Below are positions 51,376 to 64,000 of a stretch of DNA of 64,000 nt, piece by piece. This stretch comes from Heptranchias perlo. Its lineage: Eukaryota. The stretch spans positions 8,370,001 to 8,434,000 of the forward strand of contig NC_090364.1 in assembly GCF_035084215.1 (NCBI RefSeq), in the 5' to 3' direction. Position 1 is the first letter of the stretch. Each line of letters starts with the position of its first letter. The notes under the pieces are model-generated. The model saw only the letters and a program-made list of their open reading frames with translations. It searched no databases and was not told where the DNA came from. The translations under genes and the position numbers were made by a program.

Positions 51376-52347
51376 CTGTGTGGGTGCAGGGACCTAAGAT
51401 GAGAACTATAGATCAGAAGCAGATCAAGATGCAATGGGGGAATGGATGTGTTCCTGGCAGATGTCTTTTAATATTTTATTAATCTTTATAATCTTTTATT
51501 ACCTCATATATTTAATACAAAGGGAGAAATTGTAACCCCCTAATGATAGAATATTTTGGGATTTTCGTGCAGTCTATACATTTTTTTTTAACAGAAGTTC
51601 TCAAGTTATTTAAAAGAGTTTCTTCCCTGAATCTGGTCTAAATTGTGCACTTCCCAATAATCTAAAATGGCCAACAAAACTAGAAACAGAAATGGAAATG
51701 AGAGTTAAACCCACCTCCTGCATGGAGCTTAGGCTCATTTCCTCAACTAGTTAACCTCTTCCCAGTTACCCCTAAATCTTAGGTTGGGAGATGTCATGTT
51801 GCAAGACTGAGTACAATCAACAAATCTCCATACTATAGAGAGAGAGAAATGAACCCACGAGAGAGAGAGAGAGAGATTAGGTTGGGAAGAGAGCAATAAA
51901 GAAATTAAAACATGGGGGAGAAAGAAGAGAAATTAAATCATTGGAGGGAGACTATTTAGATTGGGAAGAGAGGGAAAGAAATGAAAACATGGAAGAGAGA
52001 GAAATGAAAACATGAGAGAGAAATTAGATTTAGGACAGAATGAGAGTCATTTGCACGGAAAGGGCTGGAAAAAAACTATCTTTTAGATACGAAATTAACA
52101 AAGTGCCAAGTCATCATGTATCATTGGATACAGGGGAGGTCCCACTGGATTGGAAACAAGCCAATCATAGTACCTGTTTTGAAAAACAAACCTGGATAAC
52201 TACAGCTCAATTAGTCTTAAATCATAACTTGCAAAATAATGGAATTGAACCGTAGGAATAAAGTTGAGGATTATCCAGATGAAAATCCCTAGTTGGTTTT
52301 GGCTGACTCAGTTTCAAGGGGAGATTCTGTTTGACCAAACTCCTTTG

Positions 52348-52921
52348 GGTAGATTTTTGGCTTCATTGACTAGATGGTGCTCTAGCGAGGTGGCCTGCAC
52401 GCCCTTTATAGAACCCGCCTAATTTTCATGTCATACAATCATAGAATGATACAACACAGAAGGAGGCCATTCGGCCCATTGTGTCTGTGCCGGCTCTTTG
52501 AAAGAGCTATCCAATTAGTCCCACTCCCCCGCCCTTTCCCCATAGCCCTGCAAATTTTTCCCCTTCAAGTATTTATCCAATTCATTTTTGAAAATTACTA
52601 TTGAATCTGTTTCCACCGCCCTTTCAGGCAGTGCATTCTAGATCAGAACAACTCACTGCGTAAAAAAAAAGTCTTCTCATCTTGCCTCTGGTTCTTTTGC
52701 CAATTATCTTAAATCTGTGTTCTCTGGTTACTGACTCTTCTGCCACTGGAAACAGATAATTTACTCGATCGAAACCCTTTATGGTTTTGAACACCTCTAT
52801 TAAATCTCCCCTTAACCTTCTCTGCACTGAGGAGAATATTGATTTCAGCGGGCTCTATAAATGTCGCGTGATCGTCCCCAACCAGATCCCCGTCCAGGCC
52901 GTGAAGATGAAAATCTAACCC
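52348..52921. mobile_element. Putative MITE split by a CR1 3' fragment (CR1 about 52427-52836, - strand)
   Basis: Ends gggtagatttttggcttca ... tgaagatgaaaatctaaccc are imperfect inverted repeats. Inner ttatagaacccgc / gcgggctctataa are also inverted. CR1 ORF 52624-52827 lies between them. Confidence 0.55.
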
Positions 52922-54625
52922 TTAAAATTTTTGAGAATAAGAGATGCCAAATGGACATTAGAAAGCCCTACGATAATATACCTGCACTTCCAGAAAGCCT
53001 TCGGTAAAATCTCACATGGAAGGGCTGCAACACAAGCTTAAAGCATTGGGTAGATATGGAAATTTACCTTCCTGGGTGCCTTGGTAGCAATGCAGCACTA
53101 AAGACAGGGTAACATTGTCTTTTCAGTCAACATTTGTTCCATTCAGCTGCTTTGCTGGAATTGTTGCATGTCCAAAACTAAACGTGGTCCTTTCTTAGGG
53201 ACTGAGGATGTTTGGGCTGAGCTGGGCTGGGTCAGGTCAGGCAGGGAGCTGGACACGAGAGAATGGGGTTGGGATGGGCTGAGCTGGGCTGGGGGGTGGG
53301 GGTGGGAGCTGCACACTAAAACGTTGGGTTTGGATGGGCTGGGCAGGGAAGAGGAGAGTTGGAGACTACCAAGAGGGTGAGGGTGGACTTAGCTGAACAG
53401 GGTCAGGAAGGGTAGCTGACCACTACAGGGCTAGTATGGAATGGGCAGGGTTGGAGTGATGAGCTGGCTACTACAGATCAGATCAGTTCATGGTGGGCTG
53501 GGATTTGGGAATGGGGGTGGGAAGCTGACCAAAAAAACTTTGAGAAGAGATACCAAGTAAAGAAAGTTGTCCTCTCTGCACTCTTAATAAAATTCCACCC
53601 GGCTATGCTTTAATCCATTTCTGTACAGCTCCTTGTTAAAGTGCTGACGATATTGTGATCTGTATTTAGCTCAATTCAAAGATTTATGGTAATTGTTGAA
53701 AAAAAAAGGGCCTGAACTTCAGCAGCTTGAGAGGAAGTGACTGTGATCAGAGAGTTAAGGGTCAGTACACACCAAACTTTCAAACGCGGAGCAAGAGGTG
53801 ACATTCTGAGCACTGCCTCTCCCACAGATTGCATAGCGAGTCGTTCCTCATTATGGTCTCTTTACCCCTCCACGTTGCCCCTCATCAGCAGCACTAGAGT
53901 GAGAGGTGAACAATTTTATACAGAAGCCGAGGCAATCATGGAGGATAACCAAATGGGTAAGTGAAATGTTATTTTGTCTCAGCCACTGAGTGCTGCCTCC
54001 ATTGATGGGCTGGTTGGTTAAGTGTTCTGCCTGGTAGCAGTACTGAGCCATGCAGAACAGAAAGATCCCAAGCTCACTGTCTGGCTTTGTCCTTACCTCA
54101 GGCAGTAGCTACAACTGACCCCAACGTGTTAGGACTGGGAAGGGGAAATAAAATAGACTTCCAATGCCCGATCACTATCCCCTAACCCCTGCTGGGAAGT
54201 GCGTGCCTGTGCGGACATTGGGACTGTGAGGCTTGGATTAGGCCCAACTGCGATGTACCCAGTGGTTGAACAGCCGTCAAAGATCGCAGGGGAAGAATGG
54301 CTACGTGGGTGAGGTACTGGACAGCTGCCTGTCCCTGTGGACCCCAGAATGAGCCAGGAGAGCAAGGGGAAGATTGGAAGGAGCTGGGCTGAGTTATGCG
54401 TCATTAGTGTGAGTGTTTCGAAAGGCAAGGGCCAATTATTTCACAACCATTTTACTCCTCAGTTGCTCAGAGTTTTCTTTCAGCTTTGTAGTTTTTGTGA
54501 TTGTCTTTGTGAGACTCTCAGAAGCAGAAGCAGCAGGTGGGATGGTCCTCCTACAGAACACATGAACAAACTATCGGAATGTGTGGGTTGGGAATTTAAG
54601 CTATTAACAAAAGTGAGGGAAGCTG

Positions 54626-54990
54626 NNNNNNNNNNNNNNNNNNNNNNNNNNNNNNNNNNNNNNNNNNNNNNNNNNNNNNNNNNNNNNNNNNNNNNNNNNN
54701 NNNNNNNNNNNNNNNNNNNNNNNNNNNNNNNNNNNNNNNNNNNNNNNNNNNNNNNNNNNNNNNNNNNNNNNNNNNNNNNNNNNNNNNNNNNNNNNNNNNN
54801 NNNNNNNNNNNNNNNNNNNNNNNNNNNNNNNNNNNNNNNNNNNNNNNNNNNNNNNNNNNNNNNNNNNNNNNNNNNNNNNNNNNNNNNNNNNNNNNNNNNN
54901 NNNNNNNNNNNNNNNNNNNNNNNNNNNNNNNNNNNNNNNNNNNNNNNNNNNNNNNNNNNNNNNNNNNNNNNNNNNNNNNNNNNNNNNNNN
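54626..54990. other. Assembly gap (365 N)
   Basis: Run of n characters. Confidence 1.
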
Positions 54991-55355
54991 CATGCCGCCT
55001 TTCATGACCTCAGGAGATCCCAAGGCGCTCTACAGCGAAGGAAGTATTTTTGAAATCACTGTTGTAATGTAGGAAATGCGGCAGCCAATTTGTGCACAGC
55101 AAGGTCCCACAAACAGCAATGAGATAAATGACCAGATAATCTGTTTTCGTGATTTTGGTGGAGGGATAAATATCGGCCAGGACACCAAGAGAGCACCTCT
55201 GCTCTTCTTTAAATGGTGGCCGTGGGATCTTTTACATCCAGCTGAAAGGGCAGATAGGGCTCTGCTTTAACATCTCATCAAAAGACAGCACCTCCCACAC
55301 TGAAGCATCAGCCTAGAATTATATGCTCAAGTCCTAGAGAGGGACTTGAACACAC

Positions 55356-55386
<31 letters not shown>

Positions 55387-55405
55387 AGTAAGTCAGGCTC
55401 ACACC
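54991..55405 (-). mobile_element. Deu-domain SINE abutting the gap
   Basis: Homologous to 13866-14312. Confidence 0.8.
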
Positions 55406-55594
55406 CTGTTCCACCTGAGGAAGTTAAGAGGTAACTTTTTCACCCAAAGGGTAATTGAGTTGTGGAATAAGTTACCCGGGAAGGTAATTGAAGCGGCAGT
55501 ATGAATGGATTTAAAAGATGTATCTAGGGGGAGAAGGTATTGAGGGATGTGGTGAGAAGGTGGGGAGCTGGGGTTGATCTCTGAAGACAGTCAA

Positions 55595-56446
55595 GCTTGT
55601 TGGGTGAGTGGGCAAGAACATGGCAGATGCAATATAATGTGGATAAATGTGAGGTTATCCACTTTGGTTGTAAAAACAGAAAGGCAGATTATTATCTGAA
55701 TGGTGATAGATTGGGAAAAGGGGAGGTGCAACGAGACCTGGGTGTCCTTGTACACCAGTCGCTGAAAGCGAGCATTCAGGTGCAGCAAGCAGTTAGGAAG
55801 GCGAATGGTATGTTGGCCTTCATTGCAAGAGGATTTGAGTACAGGAGCAGGGATGTCTTACTGCAGTTATAAAGGGCCTTGGTGAGACCACATCTGGAGT
55901 ATTGTGAGCAGTTTTGGTCTCCTTATCAGAGGAAGGATGTCCTTGCCATGGAGGGAGTGCAACAAAGGTTTACCAGACTGATTACTGGGATGGCAGGACT
56001 GATGTATGAGGAGAGATTGGGTCGACTGGGCCTGTATTCACTCGAGTTTAGAAGAATGAGAGGTGATCTCACCGAAACATATAAAATTCTAACAGGACTA
56101 GACAGACTAGATGCAGGGAGGATGTTCCTGATGGTTGGGGAGTCCAGAACCAGGGGTCACAGTCTCAGGATACGGGGTATGCCATTTAGAACCAAGATGA
56201 GGAGAAATTTCTTCACTCAGAGGGTGGTGAACCTGTGGAATTCTCTATCACAGAAGGCAGTGGATGTATTCAAGAAGGAGATAGATATATTTCTTAATGC
56301 TAAAGGGATCAAGGGATATGGGGAAAATGTGGAAAAAGGGTACTGAGTTAGATGATCAGCCATGATCATTTTGAATGGCGGAACAGGCCCGAAGGGCCGA
56401 ATGGCCTACTCTTGCTCCTATTTTCTATGTTTCTATGTTTCTATGT
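55595..56446 (+). mobile_element. CR1/HER1-type LINE 3' fragment
   Basis: Encodes [30 protein letters not shown] and RRMRGDL; ends in (TTTCTATG)3, typical of CR1. Confidence 0.92.
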
Positions 56447-56599
56447 TGCTTAAAGTTGCTCATTGAAGCAATATCACACGGTAGCCTGATAGGATCTTTG
56501 AAGATTTTCTTATGTTAGCTTAAGAACTGTGCCAGCCAGCAACACAGGACATCAATGTGTTACTCATTCTGTCAATCTATTTGTAAACAAAGGATTACA

Positions 56600-57075
56600 T
56601 AGAACTCTATAGAATCCACAGCTCTGAAACAGGCCATTTGGCCCAACTGCTCAATGCTGGTGTTTATAGTCTACATGAGCCTCCACCCACTCTAAATATC
56701 TCTTCCCACCCTTCCCCCATATCCCTCCATTTTATTCTCCCTCAGGTACGATTCAAGCCTCCCCCTAAATGTGTCAATGTTATTTGCTTCAACCACTTCA
56801 TGAGTTCCACATTCTCACCACTCTCCGTGCAAGGGAATTCCTTCTAAATTCTCCATTTGATTTATTAGCGGCTATCTTATATTTATGTCCCCTCGTTCTG
56901 GACTCATGGGTGAATGTATCAGCCATGATCTAATTGAATGGCGGAACAGGCTCGAGGGGTTGAGTGGCCTCCTCCTGTTCTTATGTTCCAATGGCTCACC
57001 TGCAAGTGGAAACAGGTTTCTCATGTCCACCCTATCGAATCCCTTCATAATTTTAATGACCACAATCAGGTCTCC
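56600..57075 (-). mobile_element. 3' part of an old CR1 whose 5' part continues at 59807-60445
   Basis: GDLIVVIKIMKGFDRVD here and KW.MKFSIAKCE...LYRILIRQH at 59807-60091 are consecutive CR1 ORF2 segments. Confidence 0.75.
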
Positions 57076-57497
57076 AATGACGCGCATAGATGCTCGCGCA
57101 GTCCCCGCGTGCGGGACTCCCACCGGCAATTAAAGCCGACGGGATCCCATTTAAAGCAATTATTTCGATACTTCAGGTCGTTTGCAGACCTGATTTGGAG
57201 GATATTTTAGGAGGGGTGGGATTTTCATCTCAACAGAGCTTGTTTCCCGTACTGGGGGAAACACTCCAAGTTGAAATGTACGTGTTGCAGCCACCAGCCT
57301 GTGGGAGCCGCAAAGTTCCATTTGACAGGTTGGGGGAGACCCTCACTCATTGCAGGAGGCCACTCTTGTCACTTTGGACAAAGTTTGGCCTGCACCACCC
57401 TCCTCCTAACACAAAAAATCACCAACTTTCAACCTCAGCCCCGGTGTGCAGACACATTTACCTTCCTTGCGGACCCCCTCAAACATACATCTTCCGG

Positions 57498-57945
57498 ATG
57501 GGGGCCGCCATAGCTGCAGTCATGACCTCATCGGAGGACGAACAGCATCACTAGCCTCGCCGGCCAGGCTGTCCACCTCTGACACGTGGAGCTCCACAAC
57601 ACAGTGCTGTGACACATCCACCTGCACAGCAGGAGGGAGGGCAACCGCAGAGAGAGATGTGTCGCAGAAGGTACTACCCTCGCCACAGGGTCTACAGACC
57701 GAGGCTCAGCTTCCTGGACCTCCCTGAGGAGCAATGCACACTGAGGCTTAGCGTCACTCGACATGTAGTCGTGGACATCTGCAGCCTCCTTGATGCCGAG
57801 CTGCTCCCGGCTGGCCCGAGCAGCATCTTCTTTCCTGTCGCTATCAAAGTCACCACTGCCCTCAACAACTTCTCCTCCGGATCCTTCCAGCGTGCCACCG
57901 GGGACATCGCCGGTGTGTCTCAGTCGTCTGCACAAAAGAGCCCTG
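57498..57945 (+). pseudogene. Harbinger (HARBI1-like) transposase N-terminal/HTH fragment; DDE domain absent
   Basis: Encodes RVYRPRLSFLDL.EEQC..RL...DICSLL..L.P......PVAIKVTTALN.FSSGSFQ..TGDIAGVSQSS; in-frame stop at 57552-57554. Confidence 0.8.
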
Positions 57946-58166
57946 CAAATACACCTACACCCACTCTGCAGTGACACAATGGGTAGCATCAGGTGTGGGT
58001 CTTCATGGTGATCCTCAGGAAAGGGAATTATTGCACAAACCAGACAAGATTTGCAAAAATGTGGCAGTAGTGGTGATAACAATTTTTAATGTATTTTTGC
58101 AAAACAAATGAAAGTAAATCAAAAACATGACATTCCATCGTACACCCTTGTGCATCCCCTTTGTGC

Positions 58167-59547
58167 TCACAAAACCTTAGCCGTACGTTTACGGGAACCC
58201 CTACGTGGTGCTACCCCTGTGGCTTCAGCAGAGGTAGTGGCAGGTTGCTCTTGTCCATGCTTTGACTGATGAGATGCTTTGCGCGGACGCCCTCTGGATT
58301 TCGGTGCCCGTGAGGGCCCCTCCAAAGACTGCTCCACCTGCACCTGTGCAGGGGCAGACTCGACCACCTGGAGAGGAGGCAGCATTGCGGGTTGAGAGGG
58401 GGGCAGCACGTGAGACGTGGGAGCGCTTTGAGTGGCGTCCCCACTTCCATGTCCCCTTTCGCCATCATCCCTCTCCTGGGCCAGGCCCACATCACTCCTT
58501 CCACCCTGCTAGACGACAGTTTGGAGGACTTGTGTGAAGCCTTAGAAGGCCAGTTGTAACATATCTGTCAGCCTGTTTAAGGCGGTAGAATGTTGCTCAC
58601 CCTGAATCCGAACGGCCATTGTCAGGGCCTGGATGGACTCATTGTTGAGCCATGCTTGAAGCTCGATGGAAGCTAGCCTTCCCTCCATCGCAGACATTCC
58701 CGCACTTACCCGTGACACTATCTCAGAGATGCCTTCACGTCCCTGTGACAGTATTCCACTTATGCAGGAGTTGGGCTCCTCCATCCTCTGCACGATTGAG
58801 GAGAGTGACCGTGGCAACTGTTCCAGTACCTCGGCAATGTGCTGCTGCCCCTCGATGACTCTCCTTTTCATGGCTGGGCCCCAGGGTTCAGCATCTGGGT
58901 CCAGCTGAGCAGAGCCTGGAGAAGAGTGTTCCCACTGACCCGGACTCTCCATGGCTGCCCCTGCCACCAGGGTCTGCTCATGCTCACATGTGCGTGGTGA
59001 CTCACCATGTGCAACCCCAACTAACTGAGGACAGGGAGCCACCGAGGTGTGTGTATCTGCGCTGGTGGATGGCTGGCTCAGATGTGATGCTGCCCCCTCA
59101 GAGGCCAGCAGGTCCTCTGAGGAATCGCCCTCCGCAGTCATGGCGGTCGCAGATGGCCCTGCAAGAGAACAGAAAGCAATATTAAACATGTGGACAGATG
59201 TTGAGGTGCTGCAGATGCCAAGTGATGTTAAGATCATTCGTTATCATGAGTGCTGAATGTTAGATTTCTGTCACCAGCTGCTTGTGCGCTCCCAGTCTTG
59301 GCGTCCGCCACGGACAGGCACTCCAGCGTATGGCTTAATTCCAGTGCCTGCTGCTCTGCGTCGGTGAGGACTACCTGGTGTGGCGGGGCCCCCTCCCGTC
59401 CTTGCCCTCTCCCGGGCATTCTTCCCTCGGCCACCTCTTCCCATCAGATGGGAACAGAATTTCCCTCCTCCTCCTGACCCCATCGAGCAGCACCCGGAGT
59501 GAGGAGTCAGAGAACCTTGGAGCAGCCTTGCCTCTGGCCTGCACCAT
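58167..59547 (-). pseudogene. Harbinger Myb/SANT-like accessory gene, disrupted
   Basis: Encodes APRFSDSSLRVLLDGVRRRREILFP, then ERARTGGG. Phase-1 intron at 59159-59274; coiled-coil-like region; basic C-terminus RRGSRKR. TATTTAAA lies near 59597-59604. Confidence 0.75.
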
Positions 59548-60469
59548 GCTCCAAAATTGGTTCTTTGCTGCAGGAGGAGCATTGGAGGACTGCCCCTTTA
59601 AATAGGGCTCCTCCTGCTGACAGCCTGTGATGCGGGTGCGCAGTGCGCCTGCTGCGCAGGTCTGCAGCGGGAAACCCGGAAGCACGCATAAGTACCTTCA
59701 ATTAGGCTGCGATTGCGTGCGAAACAACTCGAATTCACTGGGCGCGTTACCCACGTGCCCACTCGACCCCCTGCTGCCAACCCGCCTCCCTCCTAATATC
59801 GGGGCCTTAGTGTTGTCTAATCAAGATTCTATATAAATTTAACATTACCTCCCTGCTTTTGTATTCTGTTCCTCTAGAAATGAACCCCAGTATTTTATTT
59901 GCACTTTTTATGGCCTTATTAACTTGCGTTGTTACTTTTAGTAATTTATGTATCTCTACTCCCAGATCTAATTGCTTCTCTACCCCATTTAGTTTTTTAT
60001 CTTCCAAGGAATAAGTGACCTCCTTATTCCTCCTACCAAATTGATGCATCTCACACTTTGCTATACTGAATTTCATTTTCCATTTAACCATCCACTCGGG
60101 AAGCCTGTTTATATCTTCCTGTATTTTGGTCCTGTATTTTGCCTACTCCTGCTCCTATCTCTTATGATCTTATGGTACAGTGCTCCACATTATTAGCGAT
60201 ACTGCACCCCCCCCGCAGCCCCTCAATTTGGTATTATCTGCAAATTTCAACACCACACCTCCAATTCCAGAATCCAAATTATTTACGTATATGTTGAACA
60301 ACAAAAGTCACAGAACAGGTCCCTGCGGGACACCACTTCCCTCTTTCTGCCAGTCTGAGAAACTTCCCTTAACTCTTACCTTCTGTTTTGTAGCCATCTT
60401 TCAATCCACTTTGCTTCTTGACCCCTGACCTTTGCCATGAGTCTCTTACGTGGTGCTTAATGGAGTCCG

Positions 60470-61240
60470 ATGTGTGAGGTCATCGGAGAAAGACAAATCG
60501 GAATATTTTCTAAATGACTCGAGACCAGGAACTGTGGAGGAGAAAAGGGAATTGGGTGCACATGTACACAAATCACTGAAAGTGTACAAAATGAAGTCAA
60601 AAAAGGCTAATGGAATGTTGCCCTTTATCTCAAGGGGGCTGGGTTACAGAGGGGAGGAAGTTATGCTTCAGTTGTACAGAGCCTTGGTCAGACCCCAACC
60701 TTGAGTACTACGTTCAGTTCTGGGCACCATACCTCAGGAAGGATAGATTGGCCTTGGAGGGGGGGCAGCGCAGATCCACCAGAATGATATTGGGGTTTAA
60801 GGGTTAAATTATGAGGACTGGTTACATAGACTAGGCTTGTATTCCCTTGAGTTTAGAAGATTAAGGGATGATCTAATTGAGGTGTTTAAGATTATTGAAG
60901 GAGTTGATAGGGTAGATAGAGAGAAACTATTTCCTCTGGTGGGAGAGTCCAGAACAAGGGGGCATAACCTTAAAATTAGAGCTAGGCCGTTCAGGGGTGA
61001 TGTCAGGAAGCACTTCTTCACACAAAGGGGAGTGGAAATTTGGAACTCTCTCCCTCAAAAAAGCTATTGAGACTGGGGGTCAATTGAAAATATCAAAACT
61101 GAGGTCGATAGATTTTTGTTAGGCAAGGGTATTAAGGGTCACGGAACCAAATGGAGTTAAGATACAGATCAGCCATGATCTAATAGATTGGCGGAACAGA
61201 GGGGCTGAATGGCATCCTCCTGCTCCTACCTTCCTATGAT
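60470..61240 (+). mobile_element. CR1 3' fragment
   Basis: Encodes KKANGML.FISRG, LEYYVQFWAP and SLEFRRLR.DLIEVFKI; CR1 tail. Confidence 0.9.
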
Positions 61241-62417
61241 CCCCCCCGTGATGAGGTAGATCGAGCACAAGCCCAAGGGACAACCGGCCGATCTCGTTAC
61301 GAGCTCGCAACGATCTCGCTACGGACCGCCTTTAGGATCAATCAATCCATTGGCGGGAACGGTCGGTCAGCACCGAGCCTGCATTGACATCAGGTTCCGC
61401 AAGCTACGATTGCAACGGGTTGCAGGCTATGGTCGTCAGAAGCTCTCTGTCACTGTCAGTCCCCTAAAACCCAATGTGGCTGCATGCTTGCAGCAGGTAT
61501 CTGGTCAACCACACATCAACCTCACCTCACACACACGAGTATTTTCCATTGAGTTTATTTTTAATGTCATGTAACTTCGGAGGGTCGCTGTTATTTTAAC
61601 ACAAGGCAGGCAGAACAGAAACGTTGAACCCGAGTCACCTCAAGTAGGAAAGTCAACGAGCGGGCTTAACTCTGAAACAATCAGACTGGGGAAGGTGGAG
61701 GCAAAGGGATTTTCACACGACAGGAATTAAACTGCTGACAGTTTGCAGATAGCAGGAATTAATGTCGTGGGTGTGGAGAGATTTTAAGAGCTAGAAGGGG
61801 GAAAGAAATTCAGCTGCAGATTGAGCTTAATTGCTTTGAGAGGAGGAAGGCCAATTGGCCCATCCTAGTTTACAGATCTAGAATGGACCATATCTCTCCA
61901 TCAATGGCATCCAGCCATTTCTTAAATTATTCCAGTTATTGTTTGCATCCTTTGCTCTGTCTGGAAGTCCATTCCATTTATTGATTGTTTTTTTTCTGTG
62001 AAGGAATCTGACATCAGTCCTAAACTTGCCTCTTGCTGGTTTGAGCCAGTTTCCCCGTGTCGTACTGTCATAGTTGAAGTTGGAATGATGAGCTGGATGG
62101 TCTACCGTTTCTCAGACCATTTAATTTCTGTAGTTCTAAAAGGCATCCTCTCAGTCGCCTCCCGACAAAGCTGAGAAGCCTCATTTTCTGCAGTGTGGGC
62201 CCAAATCTCAATCCTCCGATGATGAGTCATGTGACTCACCTCCAGGACTTGAATGTCTCTGTGACCAGGAGGCAGGTGAATAAAGCAGGTGAGATAATCT
62301 GGTGAGGCACGATCTCACCTGCCTTTTTCAAATCTGTATTTCCTAGGATCACAGGAACATTCAGCCCCTCGAGCCACTTCGGCCTTTGCCTCTCCCTCTC
62401 AGATCTCCCCTCACCAT

Positions 62418-64000
62418 CCACAAACACAGGAAACACACTCGTACCAACACAGGAAACACACACAGACAAACACAGGAAACACACTCACACCAACACAGGA
62501 AACACACACACACCAACACAGGAAACACACTCCACCAACACAGGAAACACACTCGTACCAACACAGGAAACACACACACACCAACACAGGAAACACACAC
62601 ACACCAACACAGGAAACACACTCACACCAACACAGGAAACACACTCACACCAACACAGGAAACACACTCACACCAACACAGGAAACACACTCGCACCAAC
62701 ACAGGAAACACACACACACCAACACAGGAAACACACACACACCAACACGGGAAACACACTCGCACCAACACAGGAAACACACACACACCAACACAGGAAA
62801 CACACACACACCAACACAGGAAACACATTTGAACAAACACAGGAAATAGACTCACACCAGTGCAGGAAACACACTCGCACCAACACAGGAAACACACTCA
62901 CAACAACACAGGAAACACACACACACCAACACAGGAAACACACACACACCAACACGGGAAACACACACACACCAACACAGGAAACACACTCGCACCAACA
63001 CAGGAAACACACACACACCAACACAGGAAACACACTCGCACCAACACAGGAAACACATACACACCAACACAGGAAACACACACACACCAACACAGGAAAT
63101 ACACACACACCAACACAGGAAACACACTCGCACCAACACAGGAAACACATACACACCAACACAGGAAACACACACACACCAACACAGGAAACACACACAC
63201 ACCAACACAGGAAACACACACACACCAACACAGGAAACACACTCACACCAACACAGGAAACACACTCTCACCAACACAGGAAACACACACACACCAACAC
63301 AGGAAACACACACACACCAACACAGGAAACACACACACACCAACACAGGAAACACACACACACCAACACAGGAAACACACACACACCAACACAGGAAACA
63401 CATTTGAACAAACACAGGAAATAGACTCACACCAGTGCAGGAAACACACTCGCACCAACACAGGAAACACACTCGTACCAACACAGGAAACACACACAGA
63501 CAAACACAGGAAACACACTCACACCAACACAGGAAACACACACACACCAACACAGGAAACACACTCCACCAACACAGGAAACACACTCGTACCAACACAG
63601 GAAACACACACACACCAACACAGGAAACACACACACACCAACACAGGAAACACACTCACACCAACACAGGAAACACACTCACACCAACACAGGAAACACA
63701 CTCACACCAACACAGGAAACACACTCACACCAACACAGGAAACACACTCGCACCAACACAGGAAACACACACACACCAACACAGGAAACACACACACACC
63801 AACACGGGAAACACACTCGCACCAACACAGGAAACACACACACACCAACACAGGAAACACACACACACCAACACAGGAAACACATTTGAACAAACACAGG
63901 AAATAGACTCACACCAGTGCAGGAAACACACTCGCACCAACACAGGAAACACACTCACAACAACACAGGAAACACACACACACCAACACAGGAAACACAC
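62418..64000. repeat. 23-bp satellite/minisatellite array, about 69 units, running off the window end
   Basis: Unit CACCAACACAGGAAACACAC(A/T)C(A/G). Variant blocks recur about 1034-1057 bp apart. Confidence 0.97.

Larger units (their letters stand above)
57076..59806. mobile_element. Internally deleted PIF/Harbinger DNA transposon
   Basis: Convergent transposase (+) and Myb/SANT-like (-) genes. The right end reads ...ctaatatcggggcc followed by TTA. GC/CpG-richer than its flanks. Confidence 0.85.

Noticed and set aside
54337-55053. 238-aa and 139-aa ORFs
   Set aside because: They span the N gap and are artefacts.
62222-62323. Paired AP-1 sites, CAGGTG boxes and an 11-bp inverted repeat
   Set aside because: Short motifs like these are expected by chance in 64 kb, and there is no supporting context.
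62361-64000. Long His/Thr-rich (+) and Cys/Val-rich (-) ORFs up to 348 aa
   Set aside because: They are products of a stop-free 23-bp satellite that is open in many frames.

Overview
Eukaryotic, repeat-dense genomic DNA, almost certainly from a shark or other elasmobranch. The evidence is the mix of CR1/HER1-type, L2, Tx1 and Penelope retroelements, Deu-domain (SacSINE1-like) SINEs and a Harbinger derivative. Three spliced protein-coding genes can be reconstructed by hand. (1) A complete + strand TMEM150B/DRAM-family gene with 6 coding exons (5344-20380, 227 aa), whose last intron is a minor-spliceosome (U12) intron. (2, 3) A tandem pair of 4-exon ferritin genes on the - strand (copy A 27595-30525, 176 aa; copy B 35835-38657, 170 aa). 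Both ferritins keep open frames but have lost ferroxidase ligands (A: E62K/H65C; B: E27G/E61Q/E62K/H65R). Neither shows an iron-responsive element between TATA box and ATG. Other notable structures are a perfect 65-bp-arm hairpin just past the ferritin A poly(A) signal, a Penelope insertion encoding a minimal hammerhead ribozyme on both strands, and three Tx1 insertions in the ferritin cluster. There is also a deleted Harbinger transposon, a 40-bp minisatellite, a 365-N gap and a terminal 23-bp satellite with higher-order structure. Most listed ORFs are retroelement debris or repeat artefacts. Repeat boundaries are approximate; gene exon boundaries were read base by base.
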